Part shown: positions 8,946-48,317 of the stretch, piece after piece
How the letters are laid out: every line of letters starts with the position of its first letter
Position numbering within the stretch: position 1 is the stretch's first letter
From: the human T2T-CHM13v2.0 reference genome, Homo sapiens
Assembly: GCF_009914755.1 (NCBI RefSeq)
Contig: NC_060946.1
Length of the DNA: 64,000 bases
Strand: one strand, 5' to 3'
Notes under the pieces: generated by a model
Databases searched by the model: none
What the model was told of the DNA's origin: nothing
What the model saw: the letters and a program-made list of their open reading frames with translations, nothing else
Program-made: the position numbers and the translations under genes

Positions 8946-10220
8946 TAAAATTAAATTTAGTGCTTACTGTTTGACCTTGGCAAGTTATTCAACACTGAGC
9001 CTGTTTTATCAAATGATTTAAAATGCCTACTTTTATGTTAGTAAATATTAAATATAAATCATTCATTACTCAAGTTGACAGATTGCTATACCATTGCTTG
9101 TTTGAGAAACTCAGAGCTTAGTAATTGTTCCTTAGTTTTTTAAGCATGTCTCCTTCAAGTGAGTTTATTTGGATTATCAGAATTTTGTGGTTTTAAGGTT
9201 TATCAAAGATTATTCTAGTTCTTGACTGATGTTGATCTGCTAAGACTATTGCAGTATCCACATTAGGCAGAAAGCAGGGGGAAAGTCACTTTTTTTAAAA
9301 AAATCCTTGAAATATTCTGATGTCACTGCAATTAAGGTCAATAGTGACCTTTTCATTGCTAAATCCGTTACACCTGCATCTAATATGAACTTTCAGCAGC
9401 ACAGGTAACTCCCACCAGCTTCTTGAAACACTTCCCTTAAGTGCTATAATACTTTTAATTTTCTTTTCAACTTGCAGACTACTCCTTTATTGTAGGTTCT
9501 TCTCCCCATCATGTAAATATAGGTATAGTGGACATCCATTGCTTTGGCTTGCCAAAAATCACTTCCCCTTTACTTTAATCATAGATCCCCACTTATCCTT
9601 TAGAAAGCTGCTCCTTCCCATTCTGTGTGGTGGTAGTGGAAATGTAGATGACAGTACTCCGGCCTCATGCCCCCTGGCTGAGGTTTGAGCAATGCAAGCT
9701 CGTTCTGTCCCACAAGGACTTTGATTCTTAAGAAAGGTGACCACAAAGTGATCAGAGTTGAGTCATTCTGATCGTAGTGTTCTAAAGAAACCATTTAAAA
9801 GTTTATGAAAGGAGATCTCCAAAGTATGCTGGCTCCTATTCTCCAAGCCTGGTTGTCCAAGTTTTCCTTTGATTGTATAAACTACCACATAGCCTCCTTA
9901 AAATAAGTTTCCTTTTTGTCAGCCAAAATGGGTTTCTATTGCTGGTGACCAAATGACTGACTAATTACAGAAATGGAGGCCGGAGAGTTAAATGGTAGGC
10001 CTTTAACCCACAGGAACATATGGAGGATCTGGAATTGATTATTGTACTGAGACAGATAATGGCACCAGCTCTTGTTCTGTGTCCCTGGGAGGATAAATCT
10101 ACGAGTTAAGGGTGACAAAACAGTAATGATATCATTTCTTGTCATTTGGAATCGTGCCTGTTGAGAGTAGAATTTGGAGGGCCAGGTAATTGTTGACAAT
10201 AGGACAATTTAAAGTGGATA

Positions 10221-11050
<830 letters not shown>

Positions 11051-12582
11051 CGGTAGCTGTCTTAAAGTGAAGGGCATCAGCTCAAACCCAGAAACTGACC
11101 TGTGGGCATAGAATAAAATACAGGCCCTTTTTGTGGCCAGGATAAGTGAATCTCGGTGCTTAAATCCACACTAGTACTTGGAGATTAATTATTCAAATTG
11201 CAAAATTACAATGCTGGTTGAATTTGTAGCATTACTAACGTCTCTTTTGTGAGAGTTAAGGTATTAATCAGAAAAGAGACTGTATAGAGTGCTGATACCT
11301 GGGAAGATTCAGAAGATTTAGAGAATCCCAATCCTCGAAATATCTCAGGAATGAAGGTTTGGGTTACCCTATTAGTCAAAAATCCCTGACTGAATTAAAC
11401 AAAAAAGTATAGTCAAAGAGGAAGAGATAAATAGCAGTTATAGCCCCATAACCTGTTGGAGAAGTAAGATCTGTAGCCTCTACCCCATATCTTTTAGGTT
11501 GCCTTATTTTATTTCCCCCTCTCCTCTTTATTCATTACAGTATTCTGCCCTAACATTTCCTGGCTGAAGTTTGAGCATGATGCAAGTTAATCCAATCAGA
11601 TTTCTCCTCCATTGGAGCTGAGCCATTCTAGTGGTAGTGTCCCCTCACTGATGTGTATGAGTGTGTTGGTGATGGTTAAATATATCAGGAAATCCGTAAG
11701 TTGCAGATTATCAAGATGGGGTTAAGAACTAGAGAAGAATGAGCATCACCCAGAAATCTTAGGCTTATAACTAGAAATTATTTTAGGTTATCTCCCTTTA
11801 AGAGGAAGATCTCCCTTTAGGGGGGATTATGTTGAGTGAAGGTATTAAGATTGTTCATGTTGAAGAATGCATGTCCACATAGTGTACGTTTGCCTACCCA
11901 GTGTTATCTTTTTCCCCTCTGAGAATAGCACTTCACCTTTCCTTTGGGAAACTACCCATTTCCCATGCCATGTGAGCCCAGAGGATAATGTGTAAGAGGT
12001 ATATGAGTTTCTGAGAGGAATGTGAGAGGTCTTCACCTGCCCAGATTCCTGACTTAATCTTTAAGTCTTCTTGCCCTGTAGACTCTGAAAAATCTCATCC
12101 ATTTCCATGGCCTTGGTTTCTAACTGTATATTGATAATTTCCAGATTCCTACCTTTGGCCTTGATATGTGTCTTGAGCTCCAGATCTGAATGCCCACCTG
12201 TACCTTGATATCCACTGCTTGATTAACACAAAGATACTCTCACCCAACATAATAAACGCTGACCTCTTCATTTTTTCCTTAAAATCTGCTCTCCAGTGTT
12301 CCCTTTGTTGGTAAATGGCACCACCCTCTACTCTGTTTCTCAAACCAGAACATGAGAGTTATTCTCGAAGCTTCCCTCTCTCCCAGAGTCCCTGTTAGTC
12401 ATTAAATGATCTTGGTGTTAGCATGTAAATATATACCTTAAAACTATCTCCACTTCTATCACTTTGTCCAAGGGAACATATATCTGTTGCTGTAAGTACT
12501 ATAATGCCTTTCTAGTGGTTTCACTGCCTCTATTATTGTCCCACTGCAGTCTTCTCTACAGGACAGCTAGAGTAGCCCCCCA

Positions 12583-17980
<5,398 letters not shown>

Positions 17981-19399
17981 TCACGTTTGCCTGATTCAAC
18001 ACTTGGCCTCTTTGGACAAGAGTCTGATTTCTCAAGTTCAGATGATGCCTGGAACTCTTTGGAGTTGGAGAGAAGATGGTTTGGCCAGAGAAGATCAGAG
18101 GCTGTTTTAGGTCTTCTAGGATTCAGGAGACATACATAGAACATGGCTTCCATGGAGGTGGCGAGACAGGAGAACCAACGAACTCAGGCTCCAGTCATAA
18201 ATATTTACTGGTATGCTCATAACACAACAATGATGGTCCTCAAAATGACATTCAACTTGCGTCCTATCCTAAGAACAAACACCTGGAGTGCACTATGAAC
18301 TGATGTTTTAAATCTCTGTTTGCCTTGTGACCAGCACAATTATACTGCAGTATATTCTGTGTGTATTTTACAATATTCATTTTCCAATGTAATCACTTAA
18401 GTTATACCACAAATTTTGGAAAGTGTATGACAAATCAAGAATGAAATCAGAGTTCAGAGCAACACGTAAACATGCACATGCACACATGAGACAGCCCTGG
18501 AAACCAGCCCCAAAGACAGGACCTAGAAGAGGTCTTGATGAAAGGCAGCCTGTAGTAGAACAGGCTTCGTTGCAGGTCCTACAGAAGAACGGGGTTGAGT
18601 TATGCAGCTTCTCCCATCCCTTTCTGGCCCAAAGCAAGCCCCAACCCCAACCACTTTGAGATGCTACATTATGTTTAACTATGGGAAAACTCACAGTGAT
18701 CAAAAATGAATGTGGAAAAGTTTCAAGAAACCTCGAGTCTATAATAGCAAGTATCCTTGGCTTTGGCCGAAAAGCAAATTGATACCAAGTTGTTCTTAGC
18801 ACTTCGCCAAATGGATTGCTGTTTCCTTGTGCCTGGAGCACCCAAAAAGGGAATGAGGGCTGAGGCTGCTGTGTTTATAGCTCTTCGCCAAGATACCTCT
18901 CCCAGTACCCTCTTTTAAGGCAAAGAACCCTGCTCCAATAGCATTGTGTCCTGACAGCCCTGTGGACCCCTTTGATGATAACCACATACTCTTGCTTCAC
19001 CTCTGTGCTTGTCCTTAGGACCTAACAGCCTAAGAAGGAGAGGCAGAACCTGCTTATTCCCTTCTTTCCTTGCCTCTCTCATTTCCTGGTCTTTCTTCCA
19101 CTTGGAAAATTTGAGTCAGATTTCCATGTGTCTTCCACCTAGGCCTTACAGGAAACCACTTCCTTTTATACATCTTTGGGTGCCCTATGTGGAGGGGATC
19201 CTCACACACTCTCCCTGGCTCTGACTCCTTCCCCTTCCCCTAAACCTATAGTGTCCATATTCTACCCCTGCCTTGTGAAATTTCATAAGGAGGAAGTTGC
19301 TCAACATCTATCAAGACTCATAGAAGATAAAGGGCTGTAAGAAATTTGGAAACTTCACATTCAGATTGCTGCTAAGAACTCAGATCAAGATGTGGTATA

Positions 19400-19592
19400 C
19401 AGGACATATACATAAATTGTTGGGTTTAGTGCAAAATGAAAATGCGGGGTCCCTTGTTCAAAAATCATTAAGAATTTCAAGAAGGTGACAATAGAGCACA
19501 AAACAAATGTGAGGCCCTTCTGGGAGCAGGGCCCTTTTAAGTATGGAGGCTTGTGTGACTCCGCAGGTTGCATGCCCAGTAATCTAGCCCTG
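19400..19592 (-). mobile_element. MER45A-like hAT-Tip100 DNA transposon
   Basis: gtgcaaaatgaaaatgcggggtcccttgttcaaaaatcattaagaatttcaag...aggttgcatgccc...gccctg. Confidence 0.7.
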
Positions 19593-20789
19593 ATGGTATA
19601 TTTTGCTCAAATATCCTTTGGTTAAGCATCTAAAACACACCCATACCACCCCGTCTCCCAATTCTGGACAGCATTCTGTAACATTATTACAATACATGTT
19701 AATAACTGATTAGGGCTGGGAATGGAACTAAGATCTCTGCTTTTATCCACTGTATGAGGATCCCCTCCATATAAATGATCTTCTACGCAGGCTTCTACCA
19801 AAACCTCATTCTCTGAGCCATATATCTTCTTCAACCTGGAAAACAATGGACCCATGATGGTGGATGAATAAGAACAGAGGCTTTTTAGCCACTCAACTAG
19901 GAGATGTTGATAACAGAATAGTAGCTTTCTTTTATCAAACCCTTAGCATGTGCCAGACACAACTCTGCAATTTACACACGTCATCTCATTTGACATGTTT
20001 CAGGTATGAATTTTATTCCATAGCCCTAGCGCAAGAAGTTTCCCATACCTTTATAGGTTATTTCATGCCGCCCTGAGTCTACTTGCTCACACCGCCCTAC
20101 CCCCAGCCATGACTCTGTGATGACAAAAATCTAAGGCACCTCCCATGGTGGTCACCACATGGAAAAAAAGCACCTCCTTCACCTGCTATTAGACATCATG
20201 CCCAGGACGCTTCCTTCTGGTGTCCAGAGACACTGGCTCTTCCTTCAGTCCAGTCCCCCAACTGACTTCAGATATACACCTGGACACTCACCTTCTCCAG
20301 CTGTAAGGACAAGCAAGAATTAGGTCTCCTCCATGTTTTGAACATCCTCAAATCCTGTCCCCTTCTTATTTCAAATCTTTGCATGGCCCTGAAACACCGA
20401 ATACTAAGGACATCTCCAGATGGGGTATGAGACAGCAATATCATCAGCCTCCTTTTGCTGGGGCTGGGCTGGAGATAAGAGCTGCTTACACCAGAGAGTG
20501 TTTTATATTTTCCTTTAATAACTTGCCAGGCAACATCAGATGAAGAAACTTTGGCTGAAAGAAGCCATTAATCTAAGGTTCTATAGCTAGGAAGTGGCAG
20601 GGCCAGGATTTGAAGCTGCCTGATCTATTCCCCAGATGTAGGCCACCTGCCACCATCATTGAGATCACCTTCAGAGAGTTCATTCAGAACTTCGCAAGCC
20701 TCACACTGGCCTACAGAATGAAAACCTCTGAGGAGAACCTTAGCTTCTGGAATTTCTATCTGGAATTCCAGCCAACCTCACAATATTAA

Positions 20790-22030
<1,241 letters not shown>

Positions 22031-22831
22031 TAGAAAACCCCACAGTCTTCACCCACAAGGCTGCATGGATGATTCCTCTCTTTTTTACTTCTACCCAGAA
22101 GCAACTTGTGTACTTACTGAGCATGACAAAGGGCATGTGCCAAAAGGCCTGCTTTTAAACTTTTTTAATTTCTTGATTATCAAAAGTAATAGATGTTCAT
22201 TGTAGAAAATCTGGAAGCACACAAAAAGAAAATAAAAATTACCCAGAATAATTTCCTCCTGCCAACTCAGATAACCACAGATAACACATTGGCAAGTAGC
22301 CTTCACCACCTTGGTTCTATACAGGGAGGCTGGATAAAGTTACAAACAGAGAATGTTCTGTACGGACCGTTTTGTGACTTGCTCTTTCCAGTGTCAGCCC
22401 ACATTTTCTGAAGAATTTGAAGCATCAGAGGGGTGAATTTGTTTCCAGCATTTTGGGCCATTGCCAGATTCCATTTTTAATGACCTCAGGTTTTTCCCAG
22501 AGTGGGCTTTGGCAAAGGAGACTCATTAAAAGGAAACTGAGGCCAGAGAGGGGAGGACATGCCAAAGGCCAGATAGCCTGTTGGCACCCAGAGAGTTCCC
22601 TCCTTCCAAATTCCTCATAACATCGTAGCTTAGCTGCTGTATTCCCAAAACCCACACAGTGCCCCAGAGCTTTACCCTTGGAATTATTATCAGAGATAAG
22701 TTCCTTAAAGCCACAGCCTCATCTCCAATCAAGGGAGTTCCTTGGAGGGACTTGGAATAGGAAGAAGCTAGAACCCTCTGAGATCTGGCCATCCACCACC
22801 CATGAGGCCCAATTCTTCCCTGGTCCCCTGA

Positions 22832-23056
<225 letters not shown>

Positions 23057-23059
23057 TGA

Positions 23060-23272
<213 letters not shown>

Positions 23273-23315
23273 TAAACTTTCATCAAGCCTCTGGAAGACC
23301 AGTCCTCTGTGCTAA

Positions 23316-23658
<343 letters not shown>

Positions 23659-23840
23659 TAGTTTAACATTTGTAAACTATGATTGTTCCAGTTGTTTGTT
23701 GCTGTATCACAAACCACCCCAAAAAGCTTAGTATCATAAAACAACAAGCATTTTATATACTTATGATTCTGTGGGTCAGGAATTGGGCAGGACACAGTAT
23801 GGATGGTTCATCTCTGTTCTTAGATATCTAAGACATCAGC

Positions 23841-23865
23841 TGCAGTGCAGTGCAGTGCAGTGCAG
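23841..23865. repeat. (TGCAG)5 pentanucleotide repeat
   Basis: Directly visible. Confidence 0.95.
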
Positions 23866-23954
23866 TGATGATGGCTGAAGATGGCTGGGACAGCTCAACT
23901 GGGGCCATGAGCTTGGGGCCTCAGTTCTTCTCCGTGATGCGTCTTCTGGGGTGG

Positions 23955-24503
23955 TGTATAAGTTAGGATTCTCCAGAGGGACAGATGTATATAAAAGGGG
24001 ATAGGATAGGATAGATGTATATAAAAGGGGAGTTTATTAAGGAGTATTGACTCACACAATCACAAGGTGAAGTCCCATAATAGGCCATCTGCAAGCTGAG
24101 AAGCAAGGAAGCCAGTCGGAGTCCCAAAACCTCAAAAGTAGAGAAGCCGACAGTGCAGCCCCCAATCTGCATCTGAAGACCTGAGAGCCCCTGGCAAACC
24201 ACTGGTGTAAGTCCAAGAGTCCAAAAGCTGAAGAACTTGGAGTTCAAGGGCAGGAAGCCTCCAGCACCAGAGAGATGAAGGCTGGAAGACTCAGCAAGTC
24301 AAGTCCTTCCACTTCTTCTGCCTGCTTTATTCTAGCTGCACTGGCAGCTGCTGGGTGCCCACCCAGATTGAGGGTGGGTCTGCCTCTCCCAGTCCACTGA
24401 TTCAAATGTTAACATCCTTTGGCCACACTCTCAGACACATCCAGGAACAATACGTTGCATCCTTCAATCTAATCAAGTTGACACTCAATATTAACCCATC
24501 ACA
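23955..24503 (-). mobile_element. MLT2A-type (ERVL) solo LTR nested in an older MLT1 LTR
   Basis: Ends with ccttcaatctaatcaagttgacactcaatattaacccatcaca, the reverse of the MLT2A 5' end tgtgatggttaatattgagtgtcaac. Confidence 0.8.
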
Positions 24504-25542
24504 GGCAGGAAATGTTCAAGATGGCTCCTTCACTTCCATGTGTGGTATCTGGGCTGGGAAGTTGGGTAGCTGTGGGCAAGGTGATGCTGCCTTTTCACAT
24601 GGCTAGCTTGGACTTCATCTTAGCATGGCAATCTCAGGTAGTTAGACTTCTACATGGCAGCTGGCTTCTCCCAAAGCAAACATTCCACAAAAGAGGAAGT
24701 GGAAATTGTCACCCCTCTTAAAGGCAACCCAGAGGTAAGCCACAGTACCTTTTTAGGACCTGCTCTTCGAAGTCACACACCATTACTTCTGCTTGATTCT
24801 GTTCACTAGAAGTAGGCCACTAAGTCTACCCATACTTGAGGGAAGGAGAATTAAGCTCCAGCTGTTGAAGAGTATCAAAGAACTTGTGGACATAGATTTT
24901 TCAAAAGTACCACCACAACCACACAGTCCACTTCACATTGAGTAGTGGACCCCCCTTTTCTTTCTCTCTTCAATCCTCTGCTCTCTCAGAACCAGTACAA
25001 ATTCCTCCTCTTGTCTCATAATGAGCAGTGTAACCGATTTCCTTTTCCTCCAGGTCTCTCTGAAACACTCCTGCCCTTATCTTCTACCCACATGAGCTTA
25101 TCAGTGTATTTTTTTCATCCCATAGATAATCTTTTCCCTTCGACGAATTTTGGTGCCAGTTATTAACATAATGAAATTTCTATTTGTTGTATGAACTTTT
25201 GTATAGAGAAAATTATGTTGAAAGAAAATTCCATATCCTAATCAAGCAAATGTGGAGGCAAAAGGAGACATTTGAAGACAAGCAGGGATTCTGAAACTTT
25301 CCCTCCCATGCACTCTCTGAAAAAAAAAAATTACTTGAGGATGTGCTCCAACACATTAATAAAGGAATCAAGGAAAAAGATTTGGGAAGCAAGAAACAGT
25401 GGAACTAAAGTAGGAGAGAGTTGGGAAAAAATCCTAACTTGATAGCTATGCAGCAGACCTAAAATACAATCTGTCAAAACTAGAACTGGAAGTAAGAGGT
25501 CTCAGGGATGAAAACTTCAAGAAGGCCAGGTGTGGTGGCTCA

Positions 25543-25943
<401 letters not shown>

Positions 25944-27182
25944 CTAGAAGTTCTTAAAGATGATATCCAGACAAAGGCTCTTTCACTACCAGAAAAGGAG
26001 AGTGCATTTAGAAGCTTTGCGGGGACAAAAGCTATGCTAGAACAATCATGGTCAAGCTAAAATGCATATGGTTTGGGAAAACTGGTGAGTAAGAAATAAA
26101 GACCACTAAATAGCCATCTAAAACAAAGCTGAATTTATTGCCTTCTTAGCAAGTAAAAGCCATGTCACTCAAACACAAGCTTGACAGCAAAAATTAAATA
26201 GGAGTGAAAAAAGGAAGTGCACTAAATAAGGCAAGATTCTGAATTTTGGCCTGCAAGTGACTTACAAAGTAGATTGTCAAGTCATCTTCAAGTTCTGTGT
26301 CACTGACACTAGGAACTTGATTTTAAGCAAGTCCAAGATAGATTATAAAAGATTCCACGAGACCTTAGGTCATTCATCAGAGGTGCTTAATGTGCATGTT
26401 CAAAACTTAGCAAGTTTTTTTTTGTTGTTGTTATTTTAAATAAGTATGAAATAGTGCCTAGCCCATAGTAGACAAAAAAAAAAAATGAGGAAGGAGAAAG
26501 ATTAATATTCTGAATTCATTATTTTGTTGGATTTATAATAGATAGTAAATAGATGTGTTTTCCGTGGGTATCTTTTTTTTCCCCCCTACAAGCAATTTGT
26601 CATTTTTATTGGATATTTTTCTTGGAGATCAGCCTTTTTTTTATTACCTTCTCCTGAAGAAAGTGTACTTTTTTTGTACTCCTCCTTGCAGAATAGGGCA
26701 ACTCCATAGACAGTGTGCCCAGAGTAGCCTAGTTCAGGTTTTGCATTTTGTTCCTGTCAATAAGTTTTTAAAGTGTGTGGTGTGGGTGTGTGTGTGTGTG
26801 TATGTGGTCTATTTGGCCATCATTAGTGTCTTCTGATTTTAATTTGGCAGGTGACAAAATGTTATTGCATGGAAATTTAAAGACATGCTTACTGAGAAAA
26901 ACAAAGTTTAATAAAGTTTAATAAAGTCATGCTTATTGAGAAAAACAAAGTTTAACCAAAAATATAATGTTCTCATGCTCTTACTATTTCACAATCTCTT
27001 TTTAAATTTAGAAGAATATATAGAGAAGGGGTGCTTTGGTTTCACTTCAGTTCTTTTTCTTCTATTAAATTCTAGTAAAATAAATATTTTTAAAAACTGA
27101 TGGCTGGGCCCAGTGGCTCACGCCTGTAATCCCAGCACTTTGGGAGGCCAAGGCAGGCAGATCGCCTGAGGTCAGGAGTTCA

Positions 27183-27427
<245 letters not shown>

Positions 27428-27519
27428 TCATAGTGATGGAATTAAGGATGATTTTTAAATTTTCATCTATATGCATTATGTCTTTCTGTAATTTAAAATT
27501 TTAATAACAAATAATGCCT

Positions 27520-28672
27520 TACAGAATGTCAGTTAACATCGTAGTTAGGTTCTTGGAAACCACAACTTTAAGTGAAATAACTAATGTACAGTGGGTTCTC
27601 CAACAACATTTACTTCAACGTCCTTTCCTTCTAACCTCGATGAGGAAAAAACAAAAAAATAAATATTTCATGATACATTGTTTTCCTTAAATTAGCAGTT
27701 GATACCTACCAGGTTCGTTCTGCCCATGTGCAGTAAACCAGTCACTGTGACCAGATTTTGCAAAACAGAAAAGGTTTATTCACAGGGCAGCCCAGCAAGA
27801 AGGTGGGAGAACAGCTCTCAAGTCGGCCTCCCTGAAAATAAGGTTTAGGAATGTTTATGGATTAGAGAAGCGGAGAGGTCTAAGGCGTAGGAAGAGATGA
27901 TTGACATTGAGGAAAAATGAATTGGTGATCTGTGCAAATGTAGTTGGGGTCATGGCTTTTTATAGGATGCATGTTCAGAAAATGGCTGCGTTAGCATCAT
28001 CAGAGGATAGAGTTTTTCTCCCTGTAATTCCAGAAGGCTACCTCAGGGGCATTTGCACATGCCCAGTTGAAGGGTTAGTGGTCTCAACCAGTTTGAACTG
28101 GACAGGAGCTGTCCCCAAGCTCCTGAAAAGCAACCTAAGCAATCATTAATTACCATGGCAACATATACTTCAGAAATGTTATCTGTAAGGAAGTCAGTGA
28201 AGGTCGTTACTGTGTTAAGCAGTGTGACTTTTAGCTACCTGGGTAAAATAATAATAATAATAGACAGCCGGGCACAGTGGCTCACGCCTATAGTCCCAGC
28301 ACTTCCAGAGGCTGAGGTGCTGAGTGGATCCCTTGAATCCAGGAGTTCGAGACCACCCTGGGCAACATGGCGAAACCCATCTCTACTAAAAATACAAAAA
28401 ATTAGCCAGGCATGTTGGTGCATGCCTATAATCCCAACTACTTGGGGGCTGAGGCAGGAGGATCACTTGAGCCCAGTAGGTTGAGGCTGCAGTGAGCCCT
28501 GATTGGGCCACCACACTCCAGCCTGGGCGACAGAGCGAGACCCTGTCTAAAATGACCACCACCACAAAAAAAGCAAAAAACAAGCGAGTGACCAAAAGCA
28601 GCAAGCAGGGCAGGTTAAGTTTGGCAGACCTAATCAGATTAGCCCCTTGGTTTCTTGAACCTATCAATGACT
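27520..28672. mobile_element. MER82-like Tigger element interrupted by an ERV LTR (~27700-28635) that itself contains an Alu (28266-28550)
   Basis: gttaacatcgtagttaggttcttggaaaccacaactttaag ... tcttgaacctatcaatgac flank the LTR-like segment. Confidence 0.5.
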
Positions 28673-29559
28673 TTTTTTCAGACGGCATCTCAGTCTTTCG
28701 CTCAGGCTAGAGTACAGTGACACCATCATAGTTCTTTGCAGCCTCCAACTCCTGGGCTCAAGGGCTTAAGAGATCCTTCTGCCTCAGCCTCCTGAGTAGT
28801 TGGGACTACAGGCCTGAGCCACCGGCCTGGCTTGTATTTTTAAACCATAAAGTTATTTTCATAAAAGAAAGCCAAATATACGTAAAAGGATATTGCTGAC
28901 ATCATTTATAATAACAAAAAAAGTCAAACAACTGAAATGTCTATCAATAAGAGAATGGAATAGTTATATTATGGCACCCCCATAAAATACTGTGTTGCTG
29001 TTGAAAAGAGTAATGTAGATTTATGTGAAGGAACATGGAAAAATACTTTAAAAAGCAAGTTGCAGAAAAATACATTCTCATTTTTATGGGGGAAAATAGT
29101 TCAGTTTAAATTACCCAACTTCAATTCAAAGGGCTGGGAATTAAAAAAAAGAGAGAGAGAGAGAGAGACACAGACATAGACAAAGAGATAGAGATATACA
29201 TATGTGTTTATGTATAGGTATATGTACGTATGAGTATATATATTTCAACCTGACCCCTAAATGCAAACTGATACTAAACAAAAAAAAATGTATTTCCTGA
29301 TGTAGGAAAATTAGTTGGACTTACTAAGGAAGGTACAATATGTGTTAAGACTGCACATACTGAATTTTATGAAACATGAACTATTTGAGGCAATTTTTAA
29401 TAATAATAAATTTTACATTATGACCTGACAACTTTAGAAGCTACCACCTCATGACCACATAAGACATTATTACTTTACTCCTTATATGGGGACCAGAAAT
29501 TATAGAAAGATGGAAACCTATCACTCAACAGATGCGGGACAGACTGCTACTTTGTATTT

Positions 29560-35165
<5,606 letters not shown>

Positions 35166-35948
35166 GAATTTTTATGAATGTATGCAACAACTTCACTGAA
35201 GAGGACTCCAAGGAAAGGATTAGGTGTTGACCTAAGGAAATTTTTGGAATCAGTTAAGTCTGTAGACTAAAGGCAAAAGGAACTGCACATAAGCACTGTA
35301 CTCTAGTTGATAAAGTTGTTACCTATTGGCTACAGATTAATTTTGATACTACTTTACATATATAATGAAATGAAACAAGTAAGTAAGTGGATGTCAGATT
35401 GTGGGAGTCAGGTTTCTCACTGTTGGAGTAGAAGTTTACAGATAATCCAGGTGAGAAGGCTAGAATTAACCATGTGGTAATGGATTCAAGTTGAATTCTT
35501 CAGTATGAACTCATGTTTAGCTTAATTTAGATACAGATGGCTACAGATAGAAATATTTCTAGATATGTGTATATACTCAGATAAGTAATACACATGCATT
35601 TTTTGCACTGCCAGCTGAGAGGACCTAAAATAAATGACATCTCAGTAACCATGAGAAGTTCTAGTGCCCAGATCTTGGTTTCTAATGCCATTCACCAGTA
35701 AAAAGAATCAGAGCTCTTTGGAGAAATCAGTGATTCTAGGACTCAGGCAGGAAATATACAAGATGAGCCTAGAGCATCTTGTAGTACAAGAAAATAAGGA
35801 AGTGCTCAAAAAAAGTTAATGAAGGTGTGTCATAGGAGCCAACTGAAAGAGCTCCCAATGGCCAAAGATGAAAAACAATTTGAGTAAAAATATAATATAA
35901 ATATTGGATTATAACCCAAAATATAAAAATAAATACCCACTAGTCCAT

Positions 35949-37082
<1,134 letters not shown>

Positions 37083-37149
37083 TCCATAATGATATAAATG
37101 ATTGGATAAATTACTAAATGAGGGGAAAAAGACAAATCTCCCATGCAGA

Positions 37150-38820
<1,671 letters not shown>

Positions 38821-39093
38821 CAAAAGAATTTCAAATAATGTATGTAGATACTCTGCTCTCAAGGAAGGGGAGCATAACTCTCCACTCACTAAGCATAGAT
38901 TGTACATAGTGACTTTCTTCCAGAGTGTACAGTATGGAAATAGGGAAGAAGGAGTAACTTCATTATGGAGAAACCTTGCAAACACTACATCAGCCAGGTG
39001 ATCAAGGCCAACATCAACTGTCAAAAATCATGATGATAGTATGTTTGCTTGATACGATGTGATGAAAATGAAAAACTTATGGTCTCCCTCCTA

Positions 39094-40131
<1,038 letters not shown>

Positions 40132-40303
40132 AGCATCCTACAAAATAACTTGACCAGTACTTCTCAAAACTGTCAAAGTTTTCAAAACCAAGGAAAGTAC
40201 AAGAAACTGTCACAGCCAAGGGGAGCCTAAGGAAAGATTACTAAATGTAATGTGGTATCCTGGATGGAATACTCAGACAGAAAAGGGATATTGGGTAAAC
40301 TAG

Positions 40304-41934
<1,631 letters not shown>

Positions 41935-41993
41935 AATAACAATCTATCAATATTGGTTCATTAATTGTAAACACATGGATTATACTAATGTAA

Positions 41994-46967
<4,974 letters not shown>

Positions 46968-47248
46968 AACAGTGTCCTTTGAATCACAAAAGTTTTTAAA
47001 TTGGATTAAGTCCAATTTATTTTTTTTCTTTTGTTCCTCGTGCTTTTAGTGTTGTGTCTAAGAATCCAGTGCCAAATCCAAGTTCAAAACTATTATTTTC
47101 TATGGAGTAGCCTTGGCATCCGTATTGAAAATCAATTGATCATAGACAGATGGGTTTTTTCCACCCTGGACTTTCAGTTATATTCCATTGATCTATATGT
47201 TTTTCCTTATGCCAGGACTTCACTGTCTTGATTATTATAGCTTTGTAA

Positions 47249-48317
<1,069 letters not shown>

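Larger units (their letters stand above)
1..8955 (+). ncRNA. TUG1: TUG1 (taurine up-regulated 1) lncRNA locus, 5' end outside the window
   Basis: Contains sequences I recognise from commonly used TUG1 qPCR primers (CTGAAGAAAGGCAACATC at 2808-2825; CAAATCCTGTAGTAGCCTAC at 2928-2947; TAACAGCCCTCCACTCCAGAT near 5167). Alu-free ~9 kb unit with GT-AG introns, a long terminal exon and AATAAA at 8933; no long ORF. Confidence 0.93.
4730..8955 (+). other. TUG1: TUG1 long terminal exon
   Basis: Polypyrimidine/AG acceptor ending at 4729; AATAAA at 6472, 8383, 8694 and 8933. Confidence 0.7.

Noticed and set aside
11588-11598. Perfect DUX4-type motif TAATCCAATCA
   Set aside because: A single motif in old LTR-like sequence with no further support.
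18377-18841. 154-aa single-exon ORF on the minus strand
   Set aside because: Better explained as the 138-nt exon 18832-18695 read through its GTGAGT donor into intron.
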